A DNA stretch of 63,556 nt, the filler included, from Octopus bimaculoides (taxonomy: Eukaryota): assembly GCF_001194135.2 (NCBI RefSeq). It is 8 parts of 8 records of this genome, joined end to end, with 100 filler letters (N's around TTAATTAATTAA, not from the genome) between each part and the next. Parts side by side here need not be neighbours in the genome. Positions count along the whole stretch, not along the records: positions 24,541 to 31,578 come from NC_068983.1; positions 31,679 to 42,847 come from NC_068995.1; 6 more parts are not named here. The stretch is one strand, 5' to 3'. A model generated the notes under the pieces. It searched no databases, was not told where the DNA came from, and saw only the letters and a program-made list of their open reading frames with translations. Each line of letters begins with the position of its first letter. Within the stretch, counting starts at the first letter, position 1. The position numbers and the translations under genes are program-made. Positions 28,943 to 42,622 of this stretch are shown one piece after another.

Positions 28943-29828
28943 CCGTAATATGGTGCATACAGCTGATATCTATTCGGCGTGCTTCACATCATAACTCTTC
29001 AATAACATTACACTATTTTCATGTTCTGCAAAACCCTGGGTTCCCTGAAAGTTATCAGGAGTTCCACGTTTAAAAGAAATAATGTCGAAGGATTCCGCGG
29101 CAAAAAAAAAGAAGTTGGGGAACAAGATGTTTTTAGGCTTACCGAAGTCGTGCCTCAGTACGAATTCATACAGTGGTGTTTGCTGTTGTTCGCCGATAGT
29201 GCTGTCTGTGAAACACGTTTCTCACCATGTAAACTGAACAGCATATGACGCATGTATTTATTGTATTTGGAAATGAGGAAAATATACAGGTCGCATGGGA
29301 ACCACTGATCTAGCGATTGAATGTTTTTAGGCTTACCAAAGTCATGCCTTTATACGAATTCAGACAGTGGCGTTTGCCAGTGTTCACCAATAAAGCTGTC
29401 CGTGAAACACGTTTCTCACCATGTAAACAACGAGTGCATGACGCATGTATTTATTGTGCTTGAAGATATATGCAGGCTTGCAACATATCCTGTGCATACA
29501 TTTTAGTAATGATGATGTAGCACCCATCAATATATGTGTAGTGTTCGCTATTAAATGGTATTTTACTATAAGCACCAAGTATTCCATTATAACCATGAAG
29601 TATTCCACCTATAGAGCAGGGTACAGTAAGGCAGTCACACAATTTTGTAACAGTGTTATTTCTACGTACAGGATAATCCAGTACCTTGACCCACAAATGT
29701 TGACCTGTTATTTTGTGAAATACTAGGGTCGACTTTTATATACGGGGTCTATGGAAAAGTCCCAATTTCTTGGCCAAAAATAGGGGTCGACTTTTACATG
29801 AGATCGACTATTACTCGAGTATATACGG
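28943..29828. mobile_element. Probable non-autonomous pogo/Tc1-type element with an internal 194-bp-period direct repeat
   Basis: The right end ...GATCGACTATTACTCGAGTATATACGG|TA has repeated GTCGACT motifs. 29127-29268 and 29321-29460 are diverged direct copies. The left TIR match is poor. Confidence 0.5.
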
Positions 29829-30073
29829 TATGTATGTATGTATGTATGTATGTATGTATGTATGTATGTATATTTTATGCATTTAGCCCAAGCTGTTTCA
29901 TTTGTTTATATGCATCATTATCTCTCTCATTATCTCTATATATGTAGTTATATATTTCATGTTTACTATAAAATTAAAGGAAATATAACTTTTCCAGAAA
30001 AAAAAAAGCTGAAATTGAAGTTTAAACACAGCCAGGTTCATCAATTCTTGCAGAGAGGGAGAATTATGTATTC

Positions 30074-30105
<32 letters not shown>

Positions 30106-30299
30106 TAAATTTGGTACAAGACCAGTAATTTCGGGGTAGTGAGTAAGTCAATTACATCAACCCTAGTACTCAACTGGTATGTATTTTATCGACCCCGAAA
30201 GGATGAAAGGCAAAATCGACCCTGGTGGAATTTGAACTTAGATCGTGAAGACGGACGAAATGGCGCAAAACATTTTGCCCGAGGCGTTAACAAATCTGC

Positions 30300-30434
<135 letters not shown>

Positions 30435-30918
30435 AATTTAGTCGTACGTTTAAAGGAAAATCATTTTTGTATTATCATTCTTTTACTCTTTTAATTATTT
30501 CAGATTGTTGGATTATTCGACCAAATCGACCCCTGTACCTATATTTTTAAGTCGGGTACTTCTACCAGACTGTTTTGTCGAACTGCTAAGCTACGGGATC
30601 ATAAACAAAAAACAACACCGGAAATTCGTAAAGCATGCAATGCTAAATATGCACCTCCCTAAAGTCCTTCTCTTTCAGGGGTTATCAGATAAAGCATATA
30701 TATTCATATATATGTATTCTTTATTCTTTTTCTTTTTTCAGTCATTTGACTGCTGCCACGCTGTAGCACCGCCCTGAAGGACTTTTTTTTAAAGCCTAGT
30801 ACTTATTCTATAGGTCTTTTTTGCCGAACCACTGAGTTATGGGGACGTAAACACACCAACACCGGTTGTCAAGCGGTGATTTCGGGACAAACGCAGATAC
30901 AAAGACACACACGCATAC

Positions 30919-30970
<52 letters not shown>

Positions 30971-31517
30971 GAAGTACAGGACAAAATGGTAAACACCAAA
31001 AATATGCACAATAAGTACAGGGCATCACCAACGAATAAAAAATACGTAACCCCACGAGAAATTAGTACAAGACAAAATACCACAAGAAGATAACTCCTCG
31101 TCAGTTGTCGACTATTTTACTATTCCCTATTTTGTGCTTGTGTATTTTTTGCTATTTTTTTGGTATTTTGTCCTGTACTTATCTCTCGTGTGTTTCACTC
31201 GTTGGTGAAGTCTTGTACTTAATGTGTATTTGTATTTATTCATAATTGACCGCCACGCAGCCTTGTAAGTTCTTATATGTGATTGTGTGTGTGTATGTGT
31301 GTGTGTGTGTATACGTATGTATGTATGTATGTATGTATGTATGCACGTATGTATATGACAGGCTTCTTTCAGTTTCAGTCTACCAATTCCACACACAAGG
31401 CTTTGATTGGGCCAAGGCTGTAGTAGAAGACACTCGCCCAAGGTGCCACGCAGTGGGACTGAACTTAGAACCATGAGATTAGGAAGCAAGCTTCTTACCA
31501 CACATTTACGCCTGCGC

Positions 31518-31578
<61 letters not shown>

Positions 31579-32308
31579 NNNNNNNNNNNNNNNNNNNNNN
31601 NNNNNNNNNNNNNNNNNNNNNNTTAATTAATTAANNNNNNNNNNNNNNNNNNNNNNNNNNNNNNNNNNNNNNNNNNNNTATATATTGCGAAATTGTAATG
31701 ATCTTTTGGTCGTTGACTGCTGAGGAATTAGCTACGAATTTTCTGGTGTTAAATTTTCCGTTTGCTGTATTTTTGCTAAATTCTATACGTATATATATAT
31801 TTACATGTCCGGATGGTCATTTATTTTTTTCCAAATAAACACACGTGCTATATATTTGTTCTTCACTTATTTATTATTGTTCTTATGTTATCTTATGTCT
31901 ATTGTTTGGAAATCTTTCGTCACGCATCGGTGATCTCTTCAGCGACCCTTTCCATCCACGTGTATCCTCTAGCTTCGCTTTGTCCATATTTAGACATATT
32001 CTTGTATATATATATATATATATTCTTCTATGATTTTACGTTCTGACTTCAGAGTGAAAGAAGAAAAAAGAATGAAGAACGAAAATGAGAATAAGGAGGC
32101 AAGTTTGAATGAGTGAAGGAATTAATTTAAAAACCCTGATGAGATTCATATGCACGAATATGAATTTCTTACAAATTCATTAGTAAATATGAATCGAAAC
32201 ACATTGTAGGATATATATTTGTTTTAATTATTTGGTATATTATATTATATTCTGTTATATTATATTATAATTTTAATAAATTTATATGTCAATTGTACTT
32301 CTCTATTT

Positions 32309-32356
<48 letters not shown>

Positions 32357-34967
32357 NNNNNNNNNNGAGAGGGGCCGACAGAGAGAGAGAGAGAGGGACA
32401 GAGAGAGAGAGAGAGAGAGAGAGAGAAGGAGACAGAGAGAGAGAGACATATGTATATATGTACGACGGGCATCTATCAGTTTCCGCCTACTAAATCCACT
32501 CATAAGACTGTGGTCATCCCAAGGCTATAGTAGAAAACACATGTGCAAGGTACCACGCAGTGGGATTGAACACGGAACCATGTGGTCGGGAAGTAAGTGT
32601 CTTACCACACAGCCACGCCTGCGCTTGTATGTATATAATCAAACAGAAGAACCCACGTAATCCGAGATTATAATCGAATGGTTTAAGATAATCCTAGAAA
32701 TAAGGTATCACAAAGTTTTGGTCTCATACGAGCTTGTGTGTCCGTGGGTCTGTCTAAGTGTGGGCGAATATGTGTCCGTGTGTATGTGTACTTGAATTTC
32801 CACGTGTGTGTCTGTACGTAGGTGTTAATGTGCGTTGGTGTATGCGTGCGCGCGAGTGTGTGTGCGCGCGTAAGTTTGCGATCATTATATCAAAATATGA
32901 TAGATCTGAACAGCCCAGCCTGAGGCGACACTCCGAGTACACATTCAGCTCTTGATAAAATAGTCATATCCATCCAATTTACTCAGTGGAATAACTTCTT
33001 TATCAGATAATGTTTTCTCTCTATATAAAATGCATTTTGATATCCTTTCCTTCACGTACGTTGTAATATTGTTATATATATATATAAATATATATATAAG
33101 TATATATATATNNNNNNNNNNNNNNNNNNNNNNNNNNNNNNNNNNNNNNNNNNNNNNNNNNNNNNNNNNNNNNNNNNNNNNNTTTTTTTTTTTTTTTTTT
33201 GCATTTCTTACCTGTTATTTTATTATCGATTCTCTACGAATTCCCCTCCCAACAATTTTGTAGACTGTTCTTGGTATTTCCCCTCTGTTCATCGCTTTAC
33301 CATCATCATCATCATCATCATCATCACCTTCGCCACCACCCTCATCAGTAGCACAGTCACCACCATCACCATCACCATCATCACCATTATCAACCATATC
33401 ATCATCATTGTCGTCGCCTTCATCGTCGTTGTTGCCGTCGTCGCCATCGCCGTCGTCTTCGTCATCATCATCGTCATCACTATAATTATCATTACCACTA
33501 TCGCCATCATCACCATCATAGTCATAGTTATTATCATCATTAACATCATGATCATTAACATCATCATCTTTATTATCATTATCATGATGGCCATTGATGT
33601 TATACAATTCTTTTTCGGAAGCAAAAAATAAAAAATAAATACCAGATAAAAGAGTTTATATTATCATAAATATTCGCATGCAGATAACTTTATAGATTTT
33701 GAAGTCTTATCATTATTTTCCTCTCGTGTCAGCGATAAACACAAAGTGATGATGAACATTTCACGCCACGCCCCTAAAACGGAAACTAGAAATGCAAAAA
33801 TTAGTACTTCACACAAACAAACAAACAAAAACATTTTTGTTGATTTAATTCGAAAGCAAAATATTAATAACATGCATGAATTAAAAGAAAATGAAGATAT
33901 TTTAACTCAGTTGACTAAAGATCGTCAACGACTTTAACATGAACATTTCGTATACACGTATCGTTTTGGGCGTACACGTTATCAAAGATAAATTTACATT
34001 TTGCTAATGTTTTGTCCAACTGGAAACTCTCGATATGAAACATTTTCCCGGGAGATCAAAGGCCTGGCGACATTTTGTGCACTGATGCGAGACCAGACTT
34101 CCACATGCGATTACTCAGATCAGTGAGAGGAGAAAAATAATGTATGTATGTGTCGAAAAGACTCAACTGGATTTCACTTTTTATTCAAACTCAAATTGTA
34201 GATGGCTCTGGGAGATATTTTAAAATGAAATATACATCTCCAGGAGAGGGTATATAACATTATATGCATCATCCTTAAGACAGAGGACGGAACAATAACC
34301 GAGGCCAAACCAGAACGTAGTACACTGACCAATAGTCTAGATTCACAGTATATGAAGAAGAGAAACATTAAGGTCAATTTTTCGGGACATCAATAATGAG
34401 ATCACTTTTGTAGTACAATATGACCAGGTGGTAAGCGCAGATGTAACTTTTGGCAATATGTAGTTGAGTAGGATCACTATGGAAACTACCCCAAGGCCAT
34501 AAAGGAATAACAGAGTTGTGTCTTGTAGGAGACACAGAAGAGAAGATCTTAAAACTCGGCATCCAATGCAATTGACATAGCTGCTATATATGTAGAAGTA
34601 AGTATCATCCAAAAGCTTTCCGCATACAAATTCCAAACGTAAAGAAAAGCAACAGTAACAAATCATGGAGTGTGTCCCATCTGGAAGAAGTTTTGAGTCG
34701 GCAAATGAAACTTGCCTTTTCTCATAAGCATAAGGGACACCCAGCATAAGGGACGCGAAGTTAAAATAGTAGTAACGTCGGTTCCCATGGAACAGCCATG
34801 TTGAAGTGGTGATACCCATTACTTCACAAAATAGTTACTGCCTTCATTTCGTATAGAGGATTTCAAACTAGCTAATTTGCTTGTTACAAGATCAGTGACT
34901 GAGTGTCACTTACTTTCTATATATTGCGAGCTGAAGTGAGCTACTGCTGTCTCTGGTGGACGAGTAT

Positions 34968-35016
34968 CCACCTCTGAGGATGAGCACAAAGAGCTCGAAA
35001 CCGTACGGTCTGGTGG
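34968..35016 (+). ncRNA. Type I hammerhead ribozyme motif
   Basis: CCACC-U / CUGAGGA / U / stem II GAGC:GCUC / GAAA / palindromic helix III ACCGUACGGU / GUC cleavage triplet ending at 35010 / U-GGUGG. Confidence 0.7.
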
Positions 35017-35173
35017 TCTCGAGGCTGGAAGATGGTAAGGTTTCAATCCTCTGCTTGCAGTAAATATCTGGTGCAGATTGCATCGGATGACTAGTCGGAA
35101 GGGGCGCATTCTTCGGGTTAGAATGGTAGTAATGCCAGTTGCTACGGAACAGCCATATTTAAGTGGCGATAAC

Positions 35174-35212
<39 letters not shown>

Positions 35213-35519
35213 ACCGACAACAAATAATTAAGTATAAGTAAATACTCAGTTTTTATTACTACACAATAGCATTTATTTAAGCACTCTCACACTCATTCAC
35301 ACACAAATGCACACATTGTAACACACACACACATTGTAAGGTAGTCCGAGGTTGTTGCAAATGAATGAACAATTAAATGCCTTTGCTAATGAAGAGTGAG
35401 ATATTCCCAGGAAAGTGTTATAACTTGAGGAAAAGTGTGATATTATGATGAAGTGTGGAAGTCACGGAGATCTGAACACGATTACAGGCCCAGGAGAGAA
35501 TATCCCACATTCAATACAC

Positions 35520-35569
35520 AGCCACACATATCATCACCATCAGCAGCAACAGTAGCAGCAGCACTATGC

Positions 35570-35600
<31 letters not shown>

Positions 35601-36110
35601 TACCATCATGACCATCATCAGCATCATCATCAACATCACCATCATCACCATCATCATCATTATTACCATCACCATCATCATCACCACCACCATGCTCATC
35701 ATCATCATCGTCATCACCGTCATCATCATCAGCAGCAGTAGTAACAGCAGCAGTATGACTATAATCACGCTCATCATCATCATCATCATTATCATCATTA
35801 ACCTTATCATCACCATCGTGATCGTCATCGTCCTCCTCATCATCATCATCGTCATCATCATCATTATCATCATCAGTATCACCATCATCATTAGCAACAG
35901 CAGCATTACGACTACAATCGCATCTACACTCATCACCATTATCAGTATCCTCATTATCTCAGTCATAATCATCATCGTCGTCATCATCATCATCATCATC
36001 ATCGTCGTCGTCATCGACGTCAATGTCATTATCGTCATCACCATCATCATCATCATCATCATCACCATCAGCATCATTATCATCAGCATCATTACCCTGA
36101 TCCTCACTAT
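35520..36110. repeat. Long degenerate (CAT)n tract; similar tracts at 33300-33600 and 60866-61190
   Basis: Directly visible. It explains the poly-Ile/Met/Asp/His ORFs in the track. Confidence 0.95.
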
Positions 36111-36291
36111 AGATTGTGATGCGTGTTTCTAACTGAGCTAATCCCGGACAATAGACAGCACTGTTTTGATATTATCTGTCATCCGTATTAATAGAGTATT
36201 TTTCTTCAATATTGACGAATAAATGTACTTTTAAAGAACTATAAAATCAACTGTCAACGCGAAGCGTAATAATGATGATGATGATGATGAT

Positions 36292-36323
<32 letters not shown>

Positions 36324-36326
<3 letters not shown>

Positions 36327-36855
36327 TCTTAATGACAAATACCCAAAGAGAGCTAATAGTGCGGATGTTGACAAAGCCCTTACCCATCAATGGCTAATAG
36401 CTTAAGATCAGAAACAGAAGGGTTTATCATAGCAGCCTAAGATCAATGCCTACCTACGAGAAACTACCAGGCCAACATATTAAAGAACGGCAGCTGTCCA
36501 ACATGGGTTTGTCAATAACAAAATGAAATCATTGATCATGTTGTCTCCATGTGCAGTCTTCTTGCGCATACAGAGTATCTCAACAGGCACATTATATTCA
36601 CTGGGAAATTTTCAAAAACCTGTACTTGGTGGGAACACAAACCATCTCCAGTGCTTGAAAATGATCACATCTCACTCGTCTGGAATTTCACCATTCAAAC
36701 TGACAGAAAGATAGATGCAAATAGGCCAGACATTATATTGAAAGGCTTCAGACAAAAATCATGCCTCCTCATTGATATGACTGTCCCGATCGACATAAAT
36801 GTATCTGCTAAGACCTACCAAAGACTGAGCAAGTATAAGGATATTGAAATAGAAA
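36324..36855 (+). mobile_element. R4/Dong-clade LINE 3' fragment (zinc knuckle and restriction-like endonuclease), abutting (TAA)n
   Basis: LRSETEGFIIAA*DQCLPTRNY...E.IDHVVSMC...RH...NRPDII...LLIDMTVPIDINV...KYKDIEIE. It starts directly after an (AAT)n tract. Confidence 0.88.
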
Positions 36856-37259
36856 NNNNNNNNNNNNNNNNNNNNNNNNNNNNNNNNNNNNNNNNNNNNN
36901 NNNNNNNNNNNNNNNNNNNNNNNNNNNNNNNNNNNNNNNNNNNNNNNNNNNNNNNNNNNNNNNNNNNNNNNNNNNNNNNNNNNNNNNNNNNNNNNNNNNN
37001 NNNNNNNNNNNNNNNNNNNNNNNNNNNNNNNNNNNNNNNNNNNNNNNNNNNNNNNNNNNNNNNNNNNNNNNNNNNNNNNNNNNNNNNNNNNNNNNNNNNN
37101 NNNNNNNNNNNNNNNNNNNNNNNNNNNNNNNNNNNNNNNNNNNNNNNNNNNNNNNNNNNNNNNNNNNNNNNNNNNNNNNNNNNNNNNNNNNNNNNNNNNN
37201 NNNNNNNNNNNNNNNNNNNNNNNNNNNNNNNNNNNNNNNNNNNNNNNNNNNNNNNNNNN

Positions 37260-37490
37260 TATCACTACCATCTTGATCTGCGATACGTACGGACCCGAGT
37301 TTCAGGGTTATTTCCCTTCTTCAGCGTACGATAATCGCCGACTTCGATGAGAATGACAATCCCTTGGCAATATATAAGTCTTTTTTCCAGTGAAGTTATT
37401 CACTGATATCGAAAAAGTGAAAACAAGCAATGTTAATTCTCTGAACGAGGTGTTAACAGTAACTGCACGATAAAGTGAAGTATATTTGCC
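37260..37490 (-). mobile_element. Penelope-like element 3' end/pLTR relic carrying a hammerhead
   Basis: Contains the hammerhead at 37286-37330. The GIY-YIG fragment at 39010-39300 lies upstream on the same strand. Confidence 0.55.
37286..37330 (-). ncRNA. Type I hammerhead ribozyme motif, fully canonical core
   Basis: Minus strand: CGUACG CUGAAGA AGGG-AAAUAA-CCCU GAAA C-UCGG-G UC CGUACG. Stem I is 6 bp and stem II 4 bp, with GUC cleavage between 37292 and 37291. Confidence 0.82.
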
Positions 37491-38373
37491 ATTTAAATGT
37501 GGCTGACCCCTAAGGGTGGATGTTACTGTTGCTTTTAGTCGAATAAAATTTGGGTAAAATCCGCAAGTGTTGGCTACCAAATATCATCCTACAGTGGCAA
37601 TATTCTGGTCAGTTGATATTCACTTGGAATTCCATAGTATCTTATGCAAAGAAATGATAAAGAGAAAATTGCTTATGACGTCTTTCTTTATTTCATATCA
37701 CTAAAATTGTTTCCACTCATCGTTACATTCGTAGTAAAATGGTGAGATATAATATAACTAACATATTACATAATCACTACCATCCATAAAAAATGTAAGA
37801 CATGCTTCTTCAGGAGAGTATTTTGAATAAGTCTTCTATTGATCAGGCTGTCATTCCATACAAGAATTAATACCACAACAATGTGCTATTTTCAGCAATT
37901 TGCAGACAAAGTTGAATCCATAGATAAAATGACAAACAACACAAACCTATAATCAAAATACAAAATGCAAAAATAATGAAACAAAATCCAAAACCAAAAA
38001 AAAAAACATGCCCAGTTAACAATAAAATAGAATTCCATCTTCATGGTCAGATTATTAAGATGAAAAAAGAATAACAAAATAAAGAATGAAATTAAGCATT
38101 TAAAGATAATAATGTGTGAAAGCGATAATTCTTACCATTTCCTCTGCTTGTCAAGTATCTACTTGAAAGAGATCTAGAGAGCCAACCCCCTCCCTGTTAT
38201 AACAAAACATTGGGCTCCGTCCTACACCACAATTTGTCACAAATTACTTTTTGACTGTCTAGTTTTTATATATTTAAAAATAACGTTTAAAAATATTAGT
38301 ACGTAAACTCTGACCCCACCACACACACAAACATATTCTCTCATATACCCACATACAAAGTAGTGTATATGGC

Positions 38374-38411
<38 letters not shown>

Positions 38412-39009
38412 AGCACATAACTATTTTTATATGCATACATATATACTACTTACATACACTCTTATTTTTACTATTTATATTAATATAGTTTGAGTCCTAA
38501 GTCTATGTGCAACGGATATCCACTACGACATTGAATGACAAGATTTTGTTTACATACGTCTCGGTAGTTTTAAATAACTATGCTTATATATTCTCACACA
38601 TCCACATTTAGCTAATAATCTATGTAATCTCCGAGTAGGTATATAAACAATGTTTTTTTATGTGTCATCCGTTATTAATACACATATTGATACTTGGCAA
38701 CAGGCACTTTTGCAGCCTTACACCACTAGGATATATTACATCTGCATATACAGTGACAATTTAGAAAATTTGACAGTAAAATCTCATCAAAATGATTTAA
38801 GTAGAAATAAATCAGAAATATACACTGCATAATAAACGTATTGCATCAGTAAGGTTTGAAACATTGTTTTTACAAAAATGCGAAACTGGGTGTTTTAGCT
38901 TGTGGTTGCATCTAGTAACTATTTAGTGTCTATTCACACGTTTATTTGTACACATTCAATTGCATAGTGTCTCTTCAGTATAGAGGTCTAAAATATGCAT
39001 TGTGTGGAT

Positions 39010-39300
39010 ATGCATTTTTTTATCACCGTCTGTGTTATAGATCAGCTTAGCTAGGAGCGTGCAGTGTCTCTTGTTAATGCTTTCAAACGACGCAATATGA
39101 TTACCATATTGAAGTTTGAAGTAATCCGCCATCGTACCATTATATACAACCGCTCCCGCTTCCGTTCTAACAGCACATTTGTATATCACTTTCTTACGAA
39201 GGAATTCACTTCCCAGAAGGCAAGCGTTCTTTTCTTTACAGTTACATTATTTTACCACACTTTTCTACTTGGCAGCAAATAGTCTTTCACCTACTTCTAA
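39010..39300 (-). mobile_element. Penelope-like GIY-YIG endonuclease fragment
   Basis: Minus strand gives CNCKEKNACLLGSEFLRKKVIYKCAVRTEAGAVVYNGTMADYFKLQYGNHIASF, matching the Penelope-like C-x-C...VIY...YxG...H pattern. Confidence 0.7.
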
Positions 39301-40065
39301 TTTACCCCTTATTTTTACTGTGGTTATTTATTATTAATACTGTTTATATATTCCCTGCATTGCTGTCGTTCTTGTTGTTCCTAGTGTCAATTCTATTGAG
39401 ATTTTCAGCACGTCCATTATTACATTATTTTTGCTATCGTCTATATTCTTATTTATGTTAGAATTATTTGGACGGGTTTCATCACGTTCTTTCTTTATTA
39501 TTGTAATCCTTATTTGAAGTATCATTTCTTGCTTCCCCGCCCCACATTACTGATAGTAATCTTCTGGTTTATCCTCTTATTTTTGAGTCTATGAATGTAG
39601 TACTCTAAGATATGTGTTGTTGCGTATAATTTCACATAATTGAACACTATATGTATATTAAAGATCTTGTGATACTTATTACGTTTAGTATCTAATGCAG
39701 AAAGAAGTCCCTGGCAATGTTAGATGATACATCTAATCCCAAAATTGGATTATACCACAAAACGTTATGTATCCTATACTTAATTTTCGGTCTATTATGG
39801 CTAGTGTAATCAATGATCAAGTCATTATGAAAGGAATCTCATTTAGACTTATAATTAATATTTGGATTAATCCGATATTCCTCTCCAGTTTTATTTATTT
39901 TACCTTTCTCCCTCTTTCGTATATTAAATCAACCACCTTCATCTACTCCACGTTTAATATTTCTCCAACTTGAGTAAGATTCGGTACTATTATTTCTATT
40001 TCTAAATACATTATTATTAGGCATGTATTTAATTTTCTCAGTATACCCGGCCGTAGCAGATACTA

Positions 40066-40291
40066 CGGGGGGGGGGGCTGTTGAAAAGTTCCTGGTTTTG
40101 GGTAAAACAAAACAAAAACTGCAGGAGGACCAGTTAATTATAAGTTTATTCAACATATTCCCTTCTCAGATGGACATATTTATTGCAGCTGTCCTTAAGT
40201 CTTCCTAAGCCATGACCAAGAACTCCGAAGGTTGGGCCTCTAAACAGATCTTTCGTGATACCATTAAGGCCAGGAACTTTTCAGCACCCCG
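40066..40291. mobile_element. Mariner-type MITE
   Basis: TIRs CGGGG..G[C/T]TGAAAAGTTCCTGG at both ends, with TA at 40064-40065 and 40292-40293. Confidence 0.82.
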
Positions 40292-40457
40292 TATAAATTA
40301 CAGTAATCTGTATGCAAGTCAAATATCATTTCATTGGCTGAAATTGAAAACAGTCTTCCATTTTGTATAAGCGCGAAGAAATTTGATCAACGGAAAGTCA
40401 TATTTTTTGCATGTATGGCATGTTTTCTGACATTAGTCCATGGTGGTAAGCCGCTAT

Positions 40458-40510
<53 letters not shown>

Positions 40511-41849
40511 NNNNNNNNNNNNNNNNNNNNNNNNNNNNNNNNNNNNNNNNNNNNNNNNNNNNNNNNNNNNNNNNNNNNNNNNNNNNNNNNNNNNNNNNNN
40601 NNNNNNNNNNNNNNNNNNNNNNNNNNNNNNNNNNNNNNNNNNNNNNNNNNNNNNNNNNNNNNNNNNNNNNNNNNNNNNNNNNNNNNNNNNNNNNNNNNNN
40701 NNNNNNNNNNNNNNNNNNNNNNNNNNNNNNNNNNNNNNNNNNNNNNNNNNNNNNNNNNNNNNNNNNNNNNNNNNNNNNNNNNNNNNNNNNNNNNNNNNNN
40801 NNNNNNNNNNNNNNNNNNNNNNNNNNNNNNNNNNNNNNNNNNNNNNNNNNNNNNNNNNNNNNNNNNNNNNNNNNNNNNNNNNNNNNNNNNNNNNNNNNNN
40901 NNNNNNNNNNNNNAGTACTGTTGGTTTCACGGAAACCAGTGTTTTACTTAAGTTTATCGTCGATCGACGAAAGATGAAACGTATAGAAGAAAGAGAAGAA
41001 AAAGAAGAAGAAGAAGAAGAAGAAGAAGAAGAAGAAGAAGAAGAAGAAGAAGAAGAACAACAACAACAACAACAACAACAGCAGCAACAAAATACAGCAG
41101 CAGCAGCAATAACAGGAGCAAAAACAGCAGCGTCCGTAACAACTACATGAAGCATAACATCAACAACAAGTATCCTAGGTAAGCGGGAAAGGAACAAATA
41201 GATGGAGAGAGAGGGGGGGAGGGGGAGAGAGAGACTGTTAGAGAGAGGGAGATGGAAGTGTGTGTGTGCTTATGGAAAAATGGTGGTAGTGAGAGGCGAT
41301 AATGAAAGGAAGGAAAAGTAAAGGCATGTGTATGCGTGCATGTGTGTGTGTGTATGTGTGTTTGTATGTGTGGGTGTGTGTATGTTTAGGCATGTGTGTG
41401 GCACGTGTGTGTGAGAGAGTCTGTGTCTGCGTGTGCATGTATATGTGTACGTTTTTGTGCGTTTGTATGTGTTCGTGTGTGCTGCGTGTTGTGTGTCTAT
41501 GTGTTTGTGTAAGTGTGTGTGTGGTGTGTTTGTGTGCTTTGTGTGTGAGCACATGAGTGTGTGTGTGTGCGTGTGCGCGTACGCGTGTGTGTCTGGGTGT
41601 GCATGTATATGTGTGTGTGTGTGTGTGCGAGTNNNNNNNNNNNNNNNNNNNNNNNNNNNNNNNNNNNNNNNNNNNNNNNNNNNNNNNNNNNNNNNNNNNN
41701 NNNNNNNNNNNNNNNNNNNNNNNNNNNNNNNNNNNNNNNNNNNNNNNNNNNNNNNNNNNNNNNNNNNNNNNNNNNNNNNNNNNNNNNNNNNNNNNNNNNN
41801 NNNNNNNNNNNNNNNNNNNNNNNNNNNNNNNNNNNNNNNNNNNNNNNNN

Positions 41850-41882
<33 letters not shown>

Positions 41883-42590
41883 TCGTGTTTAGAAGTTAGT
41901 TCGAAATCACGAGTGCCCTGGTTCAATCCCATTGCTTGGAACTTTCTTCACGTCCCTTCTAAAATATCCTTGAGTTCACTTAAAAGTCTGGAGAGTGCAA
42001 CTGGGTATACGTAACATGTATGTAAGCTGGTCGGGTACAGGTATACCATCACACGCTGTCGGGCATGCGCGCGCACATGAGTTCCTGTATGAGTGTGCGT
42101 TCATGTGTGTATTGAACAATTCATTAAAACTGTTCGTTTCCCGATCAAGAAGTACCGATTTCGATTCCATTGATCAAACATTTTTTTCCAGGTCCTCGAA
42201 TCGCCTCAAGCCGACAGCGATATTCTTTCTTCCTTCCTTCCTTTCTTTCTTCCCTTCTTTCTTCCTTGCTTTCTTTCATTCGTTGTTTCTTTGTCGAAAA
42301 AAAATTTAATTCTGAGAATGAAAGAGAAAAAAGGGGGAAAAGAATATGAAAAACAATGACAGTTGACCGAAATAGGTTAGAGACAAAGTATGTGTGTGTG
42401 TGGGTGTGCGTGTGTGTGTGTGTGTGTGTGTGATTGTGTGTGGTGTGCGTAAGTGACAAAGAGATAAAGAGAAAGTGAGTACACGTGACAGAAAGATTGC
42501 AACATCTAAGTATATATACAAAGAAAAGTAAGTGTATGCATATGTATATATACACACACACACATATATATATACATATGTATATATTTG

Positions 42591-42622
<32 letters not shown>

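Noticed and set aside
31085-31110. Minus-strand CUGACGA-GGAG(UUAU)CUUC half-hammerhead
   Set aside because: No GAAA follows. It is cut at the junction of an inverted pair of short repeats (about 30970-31240).
33215-33607. Asp-rich ORF as the missing acidic tail of eIF1A
   Set aside because: It is on the opposite strand and arises from a degenerate (GAT)n microsatellite.
34440-34760. Broken plus-strand frame with CYICRSKYH, a possible zinc knuckle of a LINE ORF1
   Set aside because: The motif is incomplete and the frame has stops, so no family can be assigned.
38136-38193. Possible 58-nt minus-strand exon (GGGWLSRSLSSRYLTSRGN) with AG and GTAAGA sites
   Set aside because: No recognisable homology and no partner exons, so it cannot be supported without RNA data.
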